A DNA stretch of 61,563 nucleotides, filler included, from Choristocarpus tenellus KU-1152 (GCA_964200185.2; 14 parts of 14 records of this genome joined end to end with filler, not necessarily neighbours in it); one strand, 5' to 3'. Shown: positions 38,703 through 52,413, numbered from the whole stretch's first letter. Translations and numbers: made by a program. The notes: generated from the letters alone by a model not told the origin.

Positions 38703-39755
38703 TTCCGCTTGCTCTGGATGTTGACAATGTCGTCAATATCGACACGTGTTTCTGGGAATGCGAAACCGATAGAGCCTTGGAAGTAATCATACTGATGAAA
38801 TCTATTCTGAGCAGACGAGGCGATTAGCTCAAAGGCACTCAGATATATGCTGTCCTCGTGATCTCTTCCACTGTCCCGTTGCCCGCTACCATCATAGCAG
38901 TTCACACTGACTTGCTTTCATCCTAGTTTGAAATTCATGGGATGAGTCTGTCCCTCTATAAAGCTTCCACCCACTTCCTGCAAAACCATTCCCCTTCGTC
39001 TGGTATAAGGAACAGTGAGGGTACATGACACATCACGGCCACTACCTTACTGCACATCGAAGAAAAAAAATATATATATGTGCAAGCAGGGCAACAATGT
39101 GCAGCGTCCCCTATACTCCATCTGTCCTCCTTCACCCCAACATCCGCACATCTAGCGGGATGGTGGGTTGGGCGGTAGAAGGCTATAGCCTTGTGAAGCA
39201 TATGTTGCCATGAGCTGATGACAACATATATGATGTGTTTCAAGTTGATACTTTGCAATACACCTCTGCCTGCCTCTGTGGTTGGGGTTGACTACCAATA
39301 CGATAAATCACTCATCAACATGTTAAGAACCCTTTTTGGTAGCTGTACGTCTGCAGTAGTACTCTAGATTAGCGATGGCAGTATTGCCCACAGATCAAGC
39401 GAGTGAAATCTATAGCTGGTGACGTGCTCAGTGCAAAGGGACGTCATCATCAACGAGTCCAAATGACGACTCCGAGTGGGTGAAGGGGATCTTGTTTTGA
39501 AGAAATGCGGTCTAACCTTTCCCACCAATCACCGTCCTGACGATTGCTAAGGTTAGGGAAATGCCGCGAATATCAACCATCCACCACAACACATACCCAT
39601 TACCAATCTACCCCTTCTCACGTCCTATCACAGCATATCAAGTATTGCACCTGCACCTATACCAGGAAAGCACTGCAGTCTGTATATAACCTGTTGATTG
39701 CGGGGCCTAGTGTGTTCTTACTCTCAAGGTAGGTGGCCTCCAAGCTAGGATTACC

Positions 39756-40112
39756 ATGGCGAAAGTCATGCGCAAGGGACTGGAGGAAAAACTGGCTGCA
39801 CTAGAGGGGGACGACTGGGACAGTATGTCAGAGAGTGAAGATGAAGAGCTTGCTAAAATAACTTCTCCCGTACACTCAAAAGTGGGGGGGAAGTCTAAGG
39901 CAAACAAGAAAGGAGGGAAAGGGTTTTCGAAAAACAATGTGGAAGGAGGACGAAGAGTTGGCTCTGGTGGTAAGGGATCCCCGTCATCTGTAATATACAT
40001 TGGACATATCCCGCACGGATTTTACGAAGAGGCCATGAATGGTTTCTTTGGCCAGTTCGGAGAAGTTGTCAAGTGCCGCGTGTCGCGGAGCAAGAAAACT
40101 GCAAGGAGTAAG
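39756..40112 (+). CDS. NOP15: First exon of nucleolar RRM protein NIFK/Nop15 (60S biogenesis)
   Basis: ACCATGG start; acidic/basic N-terminus; VIYIGHIPHGFYEEAMNGFFGQFGEVVKCRVSRSKKTARSK; donor AG|GTTTG. Confidence 0.9.
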
Positions 40113-42262
40113 GTTTGTGCATCCGATTGAATTGTACCTACCTGTCCTACCGTGGTCACACATTTTGGAATCAGTCCCCAAGTAACTGCAGGGCTGCGCA
40201 TTGGCATCGATTGGCAAGGTTTCTGGTCCCAGAACTTCCCCTAACCGGGTAAAACGTTCTATTGATATAGCGTGCTGCTCAATGTAGTACGAACACGACC
40301 CAACTGTTTTTTTCAAGTAGTCCATGAAGCTCTAGACTTACGTTCTAGTTGAGTATTCTCCCGTCTGCGTTATGCACAGGGGAATAACGTTCCAGCCCTC
40401 TTAAAAGGCTCTGAGATGGAAATTTGATATGCTTGCTTCCGGAATGCATTTGTGTGTGTCAATTCTTTCCTTGTAGAGGTTGAACACGTCTAGGGGAAGA
40501 TTTTTTAAAGTGTATAATGTTGTTGACATAGTGGGGGGATAGTTTATTCCCCCCAAGCCTGTATGTTATCGGGTACACATGCAGATTTTCTCATTGTGAC
40601 GTCCCTTTTTTTTGCGATGATGTGGGTGCTAGCCTATTTTCACAATCAAGAAAAAGAAAGAGTTGGATGTCACTAGATAAATAGTCAGCTCTTTCCATAG
40701 ACAATGCATAGCTTTGGATACTTCATGATCACTAAACACGTGTGGACAACAGGTTGTTGATGCCTCTGCAAACTCACAGGACTTGCTATTGTGAACTATA
40801 GTAGGAATGCCAGCACAGATTGACTTGTGATAAAGCTGTGTGGAATTTCGAGGATTTCAATATGTGTTAGCTATGTATCGATGGAATTAAAAAGATCACA
40901 TTGGGCCCCTCAAATAATCAAAATATACTTGTATTTAGCTCTGAGGCATTGAAATTTTATTTTGACACATGGTTTATGTTTCTATTTTGTCGCTTCCCTG
41001 TGTTCACATGTGAGGTCTGCCAACTTAATCTGGAGAATTTTGTGGTCCCCACTCTACCTAAATATTTCTTTCAGTGCTTTGGTTTTGATGGGGGGGTTTT
41101 CGTTCTACAACTCATATAAGGCTTTACCATTGCCTATTAGGAACAGCATTTTTGGTATAAATTTACATCATGCTTTTTTTCCTTTCTGGTTTTTCTTTAG
41201 TCTCAAGCACTTGCTGTTTTCCTTGAGATGATGTAAAATCTCTGAAATCATTTTCTTAGAGAGTAGATTATAGCCCCCTCAACCATACCTCTCAAAATTT
41301 TGTGTTGCTTCAGCCCCTCCCCCCTTCATAAACCTCCCCTAAACTTAATCCCTTCTTGTTGAATTCTTACATTGCCAGTTTTATTTGTAATACATCTCCA
41401 TACACTGCGTATATACCATTTTGTACCTGACCGACAGTGGCCCTTCCTCTCCCCACCCGCCCACCGTCACCGCTCATCTGCTGCAAATGACCACTACAAA
41501 TTGGGTAGGGATACGCATTTGTTCAATTTTCTGCACCGGAAGTGGCATCCATTGTTGCTGAGACCATGAACGGTTACTTCATCTATGACAAGCAGCTTGT
41601 TTGTGAGGTAATGGCCAAGGATGATTTGCACCCAGGCATGTTTGACGGAGCGGGCAAAACCTTTAAGAAGATCAATTGGCACAGCATCAATCGTCAGAAA
41701 TTCAACAAAGACAAGTGAGACAGGCAGGCAGGCAGGGTTTATGTGACTGCTTTTATTGGAGTTGAGAAGTGATAAGCGTGGCTATGAAGGGGATTATGCA
41801 GTGGATGATTAAGGGAAAGGAGAGGAGGGATTTGCAAAGATACTTATTCTGTGCTGCAGTGTTCTTCAATGCAATTTTTAAAGTAGTAGCAGGATATTGG
41901 AAAAAAATTCCTGCAGACAAGAGAGGTCCTGAGGATGTTTGCATTGCACCGTCTGTATGTGTTTGAAAAACTCTGTTATTTCACACTAGTGATAAATATG
42001 CTTCTTTTTTTTGTGCGGGAGATGGTACATACGCAACCCTATCAATATCACTTCCAATTTTTAAATATAATGTTCAACGTTCATGGATGATGGACCTTCG
42101 AACAGTATGCGATAAATCATTGCAAAAAGATTTGACTCTTGGTTGGACAAATATGAGACATGCCTTGTGGGGTCGCATATTAATCCCGCCACACCAAGTA
42201 CTGCACTCAATAATAAGAACCAGTGGGAGTTCTATACTGCATAACTCAGCAGTAGCTTAGTG

Positions 42263-42296
<34 letters not shown>

Positions 42297-42659
42297 TCCT
42301 TTGCGGGACTATAGAGTGGGGTGCAAAGCAGGAAGGAATTCTCCTAGAAAACAAAAAAGCAAAGAGAAAAAACCNNNNNNNNNNNNNNNNNNNNNNNNNN
42401 NNNNNNNNNNNNNNNNNNTTAATTAATTAANNNNNNNNNNNNNNNNNNNNNNNNNNNNNNNNNNNNNNNNNNNNCCCCACCCTCCCAGATACTTTGGGTC
42501 GGTTTCAAACAACAGAGAAGTCAACCCTCTCAAGTCAAACTTAGCACTTAATTCAATAGAAATACGGGTTAATTGCAAAAAATGAAAACTGGCTAAAAAT
42601 GCACAACGACCAAAAAACTGTGTACCTGTCATTTTCTTTGACTCACTATGACAACTGAT

Positions 42660-44102
42660 GGATTTACGTTTGAGAGTGTTGAAGCTCATGCCGTCATCCC
42701 TGGGGTAGCTGCTATGAAGGAGAGACCTGCCTCAATGATGGCTGGAGAGATGTCAATCCTGGGGGGTCGACTGGAGGGACTACAACTTCAGGGAAGGATA
42801 TGGTAGCGACTGGTGAGCATATCCTTGGAGGGGTTCAAAAACATGCCATCGTCTCAGGGGGGATTGTTGTAGGGGGAGAAAACTTGCGTCAAGGATGGCT
42901 GGAGCAGATACTGATCCTGGGAGGTCGACTAGAGTGACTACAACATCAGAGGATGATGTGGAAATGGTGAACCTACCCCTGGAGGGGTGTGAGCATGTGT
43001 TACTACACCGAGGAGGGAGAACCTACTTCAAGGATGGACACTCACCAGGTGCGACTTGCAACAACATCAGTGGGAGTTGAACAACTGATGAGTTGGCATT
43101 AGGGGGGACTGCAGCAATTGTTGCAGCCCCGTTGGGACTGAGCGAGGGAGTGAGACCTGCTCACAATATGGCTATAGCTATTATTAACCTGTCCCCAATG
43201 CCTGCTAATCCCTGCTGGAAGTATCCATCTTTAGATTGGGGGACAGGGCGTTTGGTGTTTTGAGGAAGCGGATTCAGGTCTGAGTGGGAGAGTTGTGGAA
43301 GAGTCCAGGTGAGAAAATGCTAGGGAAGCTATGAGAATTCAATTTGTGGTGGTGTGGTCGTGTTTGGGGGAGGATTTGTTGACTTGTAGTCTCGAAAGCA
43401 GAAAATGGCTACATAATCTACTGCTGAGCTTGGATATGTTGCATTGTGCGAGTTGGAGGAAGAGGTTATGTTCCTCAACCACATGAACATGTTCATGCCA
43501 CCACTCCAAAAGGATTACTGTGTGTTGGTGCTTGGGGACAATGAAGGAGCTATCTAGATCGCTCAGAAAGCTGTATCTGGGGGAAGGATTAAACACATTG
43601 TTGGTGCTTGGGGGCAATGGAGGTGCTATTTAGATCGCTAAGACAGCTGTGTATAGGGGTAGAACAAAACACATTGATATTCATGACCAATAAGTAAACC
43701 AGTTGGGGAGGGAAGGTAAGATTGCAATTGTGTTGTTGCCGCCCAACGTGCAGATCATTTTACAAAGGGTCTATTGAAGAAGTTCCTTAATATGCATATT
43801 AGCATTGTCATGCGTAGTATGAAGTCGGTCTGATTTGGTTTTTGTGATTAATGTTGTAGTCTTAAGTTGTTGAGTAATTACGAAGCTCTTTTTCACTGGA
43901 TGTTCGAAGTAGGGGAGTGTGTTAAGAATATGCTTTCAATTCTTGTGTGAAAAATTACATTAAAAACAGTCGGTGTGAAAGAGAAGGAAGAGTTCTGAGA
44001 TAGGATTGTTGGCAAGCTAGCCCCTCTTGGTGGACGAGGATATATACCCTAACTTCTTTTCTACTCCTTCATCCTTTCCAGCCTAGTTAGGAATAATTAA
44101 CA
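42660..44102 (+). mobile_element. Decayed Ty1/Copia element: RNase H remnant, PPT and 3' LTR (43920-44102)
   Basis: SRKQK..STAE..Y, GDNEGAI, RTKHIDI, DHFTKGL motifs with stops; PPT AGGGGAG; TGTTAA...TTAACA; 5' boundary approximate. Confidence 0.75.
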
Positions 44103-44358
44103 TATGTATATACACAAGCCTTCGGAAACAATAGTATTTTTATCAAGGATACATATTTAGTGCAATCAAAGAGATAAATTTGAACAGTTAGGATTGCTTG
44201 AGAGAGCACATTACCCACGTCCACAAGATCCCCTAACTACCCTCCCTTCATACTCAAAATTTATCCTGATACATCATGGTACACATCAGCAAAATAATCA
44301 CAAGACTAGCTCAACAATGCAGAATCTACTTTAGCAGCCTTCAAGAATCTTGGTTCAC

Positions 44359-45398
44359 CTGACTCCGTAGCACATTGCCCAGCTTGCTGTGTAATTCTGC
44401 CACTGCCTCTGATTCCCCGTCTCTCTTCCCAGAACTGGCGTCCACGGCCTTCCTAAGCATGTCCTCAGCCCCTGAGTAAATACCCTGTAAATATACACAA
44501 CGATCAGGAGGTTGTCAAAATTCAAAACAAGCTTGTGGGGTGGTGGCTGTTGCTATCTCTCATGCGTGGATTCATTCACTAGTTCTACTAAAGCAAACAT
44601 CTCACCATGAGATCCAGCAGTTCGCCAGCAGCTTCATACAAGGAGTAGTCATCAACCACGCCCTCCAGATTCTTCATGTATTGTACCTCCACCTGCAGTT
44701 GTTGATCATACCTTTTCACTTCATCCCACAAGGCAACAAGGGAATACAAACCACCAAGAAACTTGTCATTGGAATAATCGTACAGAACTTCCAATCGAGC
44801 CAGGTACTGGGATTGCCGTGCAGTTGCTTTTTTCACAGTAGCACTATCCACCTTGATCGTGAGCTGAAGATACTCAAGCACCAGGTCATGGAGACGGTAG
44901 AACACACCAACCTCCTGGAGCAGGCAGTGTTCAACCAAAACCCTTGATCCAGTTGGTACATCGGTTACATCCTGGATGGCAAGTTCATGATGGGATAGGG
45001 GTGGTGTGGTCAGCAACAATACGCATGAGGACAACATTCCAATATTCCAATACAAGAAGTCTGACGCTGTGAGTTTCTGAGGACACCAATGAATTTCATA
45101 TCATACATACCGTGTCCCAAAGGCTTGCAAGCATCTCCAGTGTTGCATGGACTCCAGGTGCTATGACTGCCATGAGGTGGAGCTGAGATTGTTGCACCTT
45201 TGGCAGGTTACAAAAGCTCACATCAAACACAGAAAAAAGACGTCCCCTCTCAGAACCCTCCGTTTCCTCAAACTTGGAAAGTACGTTCTGTAGTGCAATG
45301 TGCACCCTTTTCCAAGAGGAAGGTAACATTTGTTCGTCCTTCACCAGCGTGCCGGCCATGCTCAAGGCAAAAGGAAGCATACCACAATCATGGGCCAC
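44359..45398 (-). CDS. NB-ARC + TPR protein, partial (3 phase-0 exons)
   Basis: Exons 45398-45111 (CGMLPFAL GLPL-like, SFCNL), 44971-44606 (YRLHDLV MHD-like), 44484-44359 (126-nt TPR exon GIYSGAEDMLRKAV...LGNVLRSQ), all AG/GT bounded. Confidence 0.85.
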
Positions 45399-45885
45399 CT
45401 GCAGACAACAAAATATTCTATAGATAAGTCAGAACTTGGATATCACTACAAAAAGGGATTAATCCTCCCATGCCCACTAGGGCTGCATGTTATTCGTGGC
45501 GTCTGCGGTCTTTGGGATTGTTGGCGACTGATCGAGCAATATTATAACACACAAACGGCTGACTGACTGAATTGTGAATACACACATCATCGCTGGCAAT
45601 GACCTTGCCCTGCAAATGACCCTAAAAAATCACCCCAAAAAAGAACAAGCAGAATTCCACTAGGAGAGACTAGTTGAAAAGAAAATTGGCTCAAAGTATC
45701 TGGGAGGGGGTGGCTGCTGTCCATTTGGGGTCAATTTTTTTATGTCGCGATTTTTGGGTGNNNNNNNNNNNNNNNNNNNNNNNNNNNNNNNNNNNNNNNN
45801 NNNNTTAATTAATTAANNNNNNNNNNNNNNNNNNNNNNNNNNNNNNNNNNNNNNNNNNNNCCCCCCCTCCCGGATACTTTGGGTC

Positions 45886-46382
45886 AAAAATCTTTGCCCC
45901 CTCATCTGAGGTCGTACATGAGAGAGGACGAGATAGAGGAGGGTGTCGACCAACTTCAGGAGAAGAACAAGAGGGACAGTGTCGAGGCTGCAGCCCAGCA
46001 TGGCAGACAACGCCACCGGTCGATTATTGGCCGCCAGCGGAAGCGTAGGGACATGGAGAAGGATACTGAGAAGTATATACTCCTTGAACCGACACTGAGG
46101 GCTGTGCCGGATTTAGGTGAGGGAGAAACACTCAATGCCAGTGCCAAGGGCAGGGGACTATATTTCAGATGGGACGATCAGTGGATGCAAGGGATCGTGA
46201 CCAAGTACCTGCTCCACTACACGGTGAAAGTTGGAGATGAACGAGTCAGCTACCCCTACAAGGTTCAATGGGAGAATGGCGACATTCGAAATATCCAGCT
46301 TCTTGTCGAACGCTACAATATAGACCAAGACGCTCCTACACGTGCCTGGTTCTTGACAAGTCCCACTCTGCCCCCGTACTGA
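45886..46382 (+). pseudogene. Paralogue of the Sola2 transposase C-terminal Tudor-like region, 5'-truncated by MITE B and contig edge
   Basis: Colinear with 51937-52413 (SLPP.LRS.M.EDEIE.GV.QL.EK.KRD...YILLEP...KGRG.YF..D.QWM.G.VTKY...SYPY.V.WENG). Confidence 0.75.
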
Positions 46383-48344
46383 GGAGAGACATGACTTTGA
46401 GGAGCTACCTAGGCCGATTCCTGTTCGTGAGTCACTCTCAAATTCGTCAATCAGACACATGCCTCGACAAACACGTTGTGCTGGAGAGGTCGAACGTTCT
46501 CTAAATCAACGGACTTATACATTTGGTATATTGACTTTAATATCTTCCTGAAGAGTTTGTGTCTATGTGTCCTCATACGCATGCTTTTATTGGCCCGGTG
46601 GCAACCTAGATTTCATCTCGATTAGTGCGTTCTGCCACTATCCCCTAATACTTTTACTGCCATGCCTTAATCCTTCTTCCTCCACTCTTTGCGTAGATCG
46701 GACCACAGAGTAATTGACAGAAACCTTGCTAAAATAATTTTCACGCAGAACCGTCTCATACTGTGTACCACCATCTACAGCACAAGTCGAGGTTTTGACA
46801 ACAGATGAACCCTCTTCCATACCCAATCCAATCGGCGGCAACCATCCCAGCACCAAACTTTGAACCCAACGGCAACTTCCCTGAGCCATAATCACACAGT
46901 CTGCACCCACTCAACTGCCAAGCGCAGGTCCTAAAGACATTTCATTCCAAAATACATCAAAAAGGACGGTGACTTTGACTAACCACCCCCAGATAATTTG
47001 ACCCATTTCTTATCATACTTACATTTGACTCCCTTTGGAGGGATTCCATCCAAATGACGCATCTAGCGAAGGAAACATAGCAACTTAGCTGCGGAGGTGG
47101 TATCGCATACCCCTCAATCAAACTTGGGTCAGTAGGTTGCTTCGTCTGCCTGTTTAGAGGAAATAGAGTGAAGGATGGAGGAAGGTACTAACAACCGATG
47201 TTAAGCAGATGCCTCCACGAGTCGTGTCTTCTTCTTGGGCTGGGTGTGCACATGTATGCAGTATTATCAACACAATTCACTGCCAATTTAGAGAGCCAAA
47301 GTTTTTGAACGGTAGGCAAGATTTCATTTTGAGGATTACGAGAAATTTCGAAAAGAAGTCATTTTGTACAGTTACCGACAAATATCCCCAAATACCCAGC
47401 AATCCAGCTACTTGTACCATAATATTCTCTGATGATTCAGTAATTTGATTGTTGCGTGATAGGCTCGAGAGTAATCAGCACCACTGCAATACTGGTTGGG
47501 TATGTCCTAGAATGCAAAGGCGGGACATCTAGCTTACAAAAAAACATTTTTCTCAGGCACAGCACTGAGCGTCTAGAGTCGCAACAGATTCCAAGTCTGT
47601 TCATCGAGGGTCATTATTTCTCTGCTGTGTAAACTGATGGCCGCCAGTCTCAACCCTCATTTTAACAAAGTACGTTGGATCTTGGAAGCAATACTCAGGA
47701 ATTGTTTCGGAGTTGCCTACAGTAAAAGCAACGAAAAGAGTAAAAAGAGTAATTCGGACTATGTAGTATGGATACTTCCACTTCATACTGATGATGCGCG
47801 AGACTTGCTTTGTTTAATTTTGGCATTATTTTCCCTAGACGTAGTACGAGTTTATATCATGTGTGGACTCTATGGTGACATGGACAACCGCTTCATAGGG
47901 CGACCATTCTGTCCATCACCAAACTTCATTTTATCCTCAATATCTTTGCCCATAGTAACTTGTGCCCAGCCCTTACACAAAATAGGAAGGATCACTGCTT
48001 TATTTACCCACCAAACAAGGCAAGGTAATCTCAATAGGATGCGTGAAGGCTGATACTTCGAAGTATAATTTAGCTTTAACGCTTCGTTATACAATAATAT
48101 TGAATAGTTATTTGGAAGCTGCGAAAAAAAGCAACCATATTGTTGTCGATAGAAAGGTTTAGCACTTTCTAGTCCTCGGCTTTTGTCAGATGTTGTCGGT
48201 TGTTGATGGTTTTTCAGTCAGTCTGCGAATTTGGCGAACCGCGATGATGTGGTGCCAAGACACACACACACACACACTTAGGGGTATGCGTCCAAAATGT
48301 GTAATATACTCCTAAAAAATGCATCTGTCTTAGAGTTAGGGTTA

Positions 48345-48603
48345 GAGTGAAGGTGCCTTAGAGGGTACGAGTTTTGCCCTGTTTGTCCATTTCGGGCTTG
48401 GCTTCCCATGGGTTCTCTTCGGACATTTTCTTACTCCAAAATGTTTCGGAGTGGGAAACGTGTATACGTCATGAAAAGGTGTGTCCAGAACATGAATATT
48501 GGCACTTTCTAACGTACAAGATAGCCAAAATTACATCAAAATCGCAACATTGGAGTTTGACCCCCAAATGGACACGGCCCTACCCTCTAAGATACTTTGA
48601 CTC
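48345..48603 (-). mobile_element. MITE family A, full copy, inserted in a TTAGGG-like tract
   Basis: TIRs; flanks TTA(G)/TTAG. Confidence 0.85.
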
Positions 48604-48849
48604 TTAGGGTTAGGGTTGTCTTTTGCCGTGTGTTTTAGTATTTCTGGACTACTAGTAGCAGACTTGCTGAAAGTGCTTGAGAGTATCTTTAGGTGAGGCA
48701 CTCAACCAATACACAGCTACCTACTTCGGTATCCCATTTCAGTAAACTTTGTCAAACAATCTATATTTTCTCAGCTCCCAACCTTCAACCACTTCTCACC
48801 GTACGCACAACAACTCCAGGGTGGTAGTAGTAGCACATGTAACTACATA

Positions 48850-49220
48850 TTCCCTCTGTCCCAAAAGTCTGAGATGTCAAGTCGTAGCACTTCGGGATGA
48901 CCTTCAATTACAAAAAGGACCTTTCCATTGGATTCCTTGGAATATTTAATATTAAACAACTATGTCTCGCCCTTATTTGACACCGTCAACCCACCAATCC
49001 AGGGCCGCCGCGGAGACCACTCGGTCTACTTCCATTGATCTAGTCGACCCACCCTCCCGCTACCTTTTTTTTAGTTTCCGTGTGCTCTACCTCGAAATCG
49101 TTCCCCCCCAGCGCCCTTAACACCTGGTTGTACTTCTTAAACAGACTCTGCCTCACCTGCTTGAGCATATCTGCGCCATACGCGTGGAACATGCTTGAAA
49201 CCCCCTCTACAAGTTCATCA
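48850..49220 (-). mobile_element. mariner (DD39D/Stowaway-type) 3' end fragment
   Basis: TA|TTCCCTCTGTCCCAAAA terminus; SLFKKYNQVLRALGGNDFEVEH; homologous to 59855-60205. Confidence 0.75.
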
Positions 49221-49599
49221 GACCCAACGTATCTGGGGGGGGGGGGAGGGGCTACACCAGGGTGTCCCTTTGGGACNNNNNNNNNNNNNNNNNNNNNNNN
49301 NNNNNNNNNNNNNNNNNNNNTTAATTAATTAANNNNNNNNNNNNNNNNNNNNNNNNNNNNNNNNNNNNNNNNNNNNGGTCATTTCTTCCTTCATCACAAC
49401 ACAACCATCTGGCAGGCACGGCAATATAAGCATTGCAAATCCTGCCTCCCGGAAGGTCACGCTGCCATGTCCATTGACTTCTGTTCCCAGCTTCCACACA
49501 GCCACCAGGACCTAACACAGCAAGAATTTTTCAATCTATTGTTGACAGCGCTCTTGACCATTGTTTGGTGGTTGAGGGACACGAGGGAAGGGGGAAATT

Positions 49600-52413
49600 T
49601 GGGGGGGGGGAGGATATTGGATCACAGCACTACAATTTGTAGTGAAGTCAGGAGTCAGGACAATGAGTTTGTCCAGAACACTATGGAGATGTTCATCGGC
49701 AGCCACTTAATGCCTTTGGCACGGGAATATGGCCAGACTCTGAAGGTCCTCCACATCTGGTCTGATGGGTGTGGTCGTCAGTTTAAGAACCGGTGGCAGA
49801 TGTGGTGGGTTTCCCAGGCCATTGCGAGGGTGGGGATTTTAGTGGTGGTGCACAACTTCTCCCCATGCCACGGCAAATCCATGCCGGATGGAGTTGGAGC
49901 CGTGGTGAAGTCAGCCGCCAGGAGGCTGGAGCTCAACGGGGTACGGATGCCGGGAACCTCATCCTTGGTGGAGACATTGAAGTCTACCAAGACAGAATAC
50001 ACGCTGAGGGAACCAACGCCAGAGGAAGAGGGGCGCCTCCGTAGGGACCGCAAGGTTCCTCCAGGACAGACTGTTGTCACCAAGGTCAGATACCGTCCCC
50101 CCCACAACCCACACACGCTACACGTATCCTTTTATTCCACATGCGTTATAATCTCCAATTAGTATTGACATTTCTTGGTATCCGACGACACTTCTTCGCA
50201 CGTCCCCCTGCACCCTCCTAAGAACTACACCTCTTCAATCCCCAGCAAGTATCTGTTACAAACACCCACCTTCACAATCAGGACATGAACACAAATGACA
50301 ACAGCTTTACTGCATATTCAACTTCTCTTTCCACAACCCACCACCACACATGACGAATATCAACACATTCGTTCTGTCCAGCATCCAGCCCTGCGTGTCT
50401 TTCATCCTGTAAGGATTCGAAAAACACGAAACAAAATATGCCCTCTGTCTGCGCATAAATATCACCATTAAAAAAAAAAATCCGACAACACCATAATTCA
50501 ACACTGTTTTCTCTCACGATCATTCCGCAACATTGATATCCTCGTGCTTAACATAAGTGAGGAGTATGTGTATCTAAGTTAGAACCTCCCGCCACACACG
50601 ACAACACTGTACTCCTTAGGATTGGGTGGACAGCGACGGAAGAGCACACACATAGACCTTCGCGAAATTGCTACTACAGCCTGATACCATAAGGAGACAG
50701 GACATCATTTACCTCCCGGCGTACAAAATCGATCGGAAGGGACAACATGACCACTGCATCACCCAGTTCGGCGGCATAAAGTCCATGCACAGGTTCATCA
50801 CCAGTCCAAGTGCAAATGGTACCTCATCCAAGGTCGTCTATACCGAGGTGTCGTGCTACTGCACGAGCTGTTCAATTGGCAACCTCACGGGCTGCAAGTG
50901 GCAGGGCACACACGTGCCTGTACTCAAGGAGATCCACCTCGGATTTTCCCCTGAAGGCGACATGCGTGACATTTTCCTTAGGAGCCATCTCTCTAGGAAG
51001 AAGAGGCAGCTCGCAGTGGGGAATGTATGCATTGTGTGGACGGAGCCGTCGGAATATGATGGGTTGGAGTTCCTGCCGTTCACCATAAACAAGAAGGAGA
51101 CCGTGAAATGGAACACCAGGGACCATTCCAGCTACGGAGGGATGTTCAGTGCTGATGACGAGGTGGTGTTTGTCAGGGAAGACTTCAAGATGTTGACTGC
51201 CACTTTCGTTGATGGAGTGCCGACAGTTTGCCTCTCACATGCGAATCGGGTGAGGCACCCGAGATTCCTACTAAATATTACTCTCTTGTAAATACAAACG
51301 GAAATGCGTCCATTTTTTTTCAAACACAAAAATCACATAGATCAGAGAATTTTACAATATTGCATTATATACGATATTATTATATGTATATTTTTTCCCC
51401 TTCAACTCTGTCATTGTCAATATTCCTTTTTGGTTCATATTACCAGATATACATAGATGTACATGTTATACATATGTTATCCCACCACAACAACTACCCA
51501 CTATCGTCACACCCCGTTTATAACACGATGGTCTTCAGGATCTAACCCACCACCCCAACACCATCAACACAAATAACGTGCTCGAACTGCAGGCCACTCA
51601 ACCGGGTCCAGTGTTGTCCCCCTTCAGGCTATCGTCGAGCCTAACTTCACGCACCTTCATCGTAACAACCTCGACGATACCTACACCATCCTCCCCGGTC
51701 AATACCAGAGATTCACTGTGGAATCCAATCGGCAATCCCTCGGCGGGATCCCTGTTCACTTTTCAAGACAACGCAGACGTGGAGACACGTCCAATGCCAA
51801 GTTCAGCCGAGGCACCCCCTTCATCTTGTGCGGGAGTGGAGATGATATCATCCAGGGGCAAGTCCGCGACGTTGACATAGACGATTCCGGGGCATTTATC
51901 TACTCTGTGCATTACGAGGGTCAATATGATGACACCTCCTTGCCACCTGAGCTGAGGTCATTCATGACAGAAGACGAGATCGAGAAGGGGGTCGAACAAC
52001 TAAAGGAGAAGGAGAAAAGGGACCATGATAAGACTGCAGCCCAGCGTGCCAACAAACGCAAGGTGCGGATGACTCTACAGGCAAACCGTAGAGAGGAGGA
52101 GAAGGATACCGGGACATACATCCTCCTCGAACCATCATTGAGGGTTGTGCTAGTTTTGGACGGGGAAGGGACACTTCATTCTAGAGGTAAGGGCAGGGGA
52201 ATGTACTTTTGGATGGACGAGCAGTGGATGCGAGGGACCGTCACCAAATACCAGCCCCGCCATACCGAGCCAGTGGGAGAGGAGTGACTCAGCTACCCCT
52301 ATGAGGTCAAATGGGAGAATGGCAAGGTGCGAAATATCAATCTTCTTCAACAACTATACAGCACGGAGCCCAACACGGAGCTGAGATCCTGGTTCTGGAC
52401 CAGTGCCATATGA
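49600..52413 (+). pseudogene. Spliced Sola2-like DDD/E transposase with C-terminal tandem Tudor-like modules; N-terminus missing; one internal stop
   Basis: Exons ~49600-50084 (HIWSDGCGRQFKNR, SPCHGKSMPDGVGAVVK), 50680-51249 (GIKSMHRF, SCYCTSC...C), 51628-52413; phase-0 GT-AG joins; TGA at 52285-52287 where the paralogue has CGA. Confidence 0.75.

Noticed and set aside
15022-45398. Functional cluster of deacetylase, FNT, NOP15 and NB-ARC genes
   Set aside because: Each lies on a different concatenated contig, so proximity is artificial
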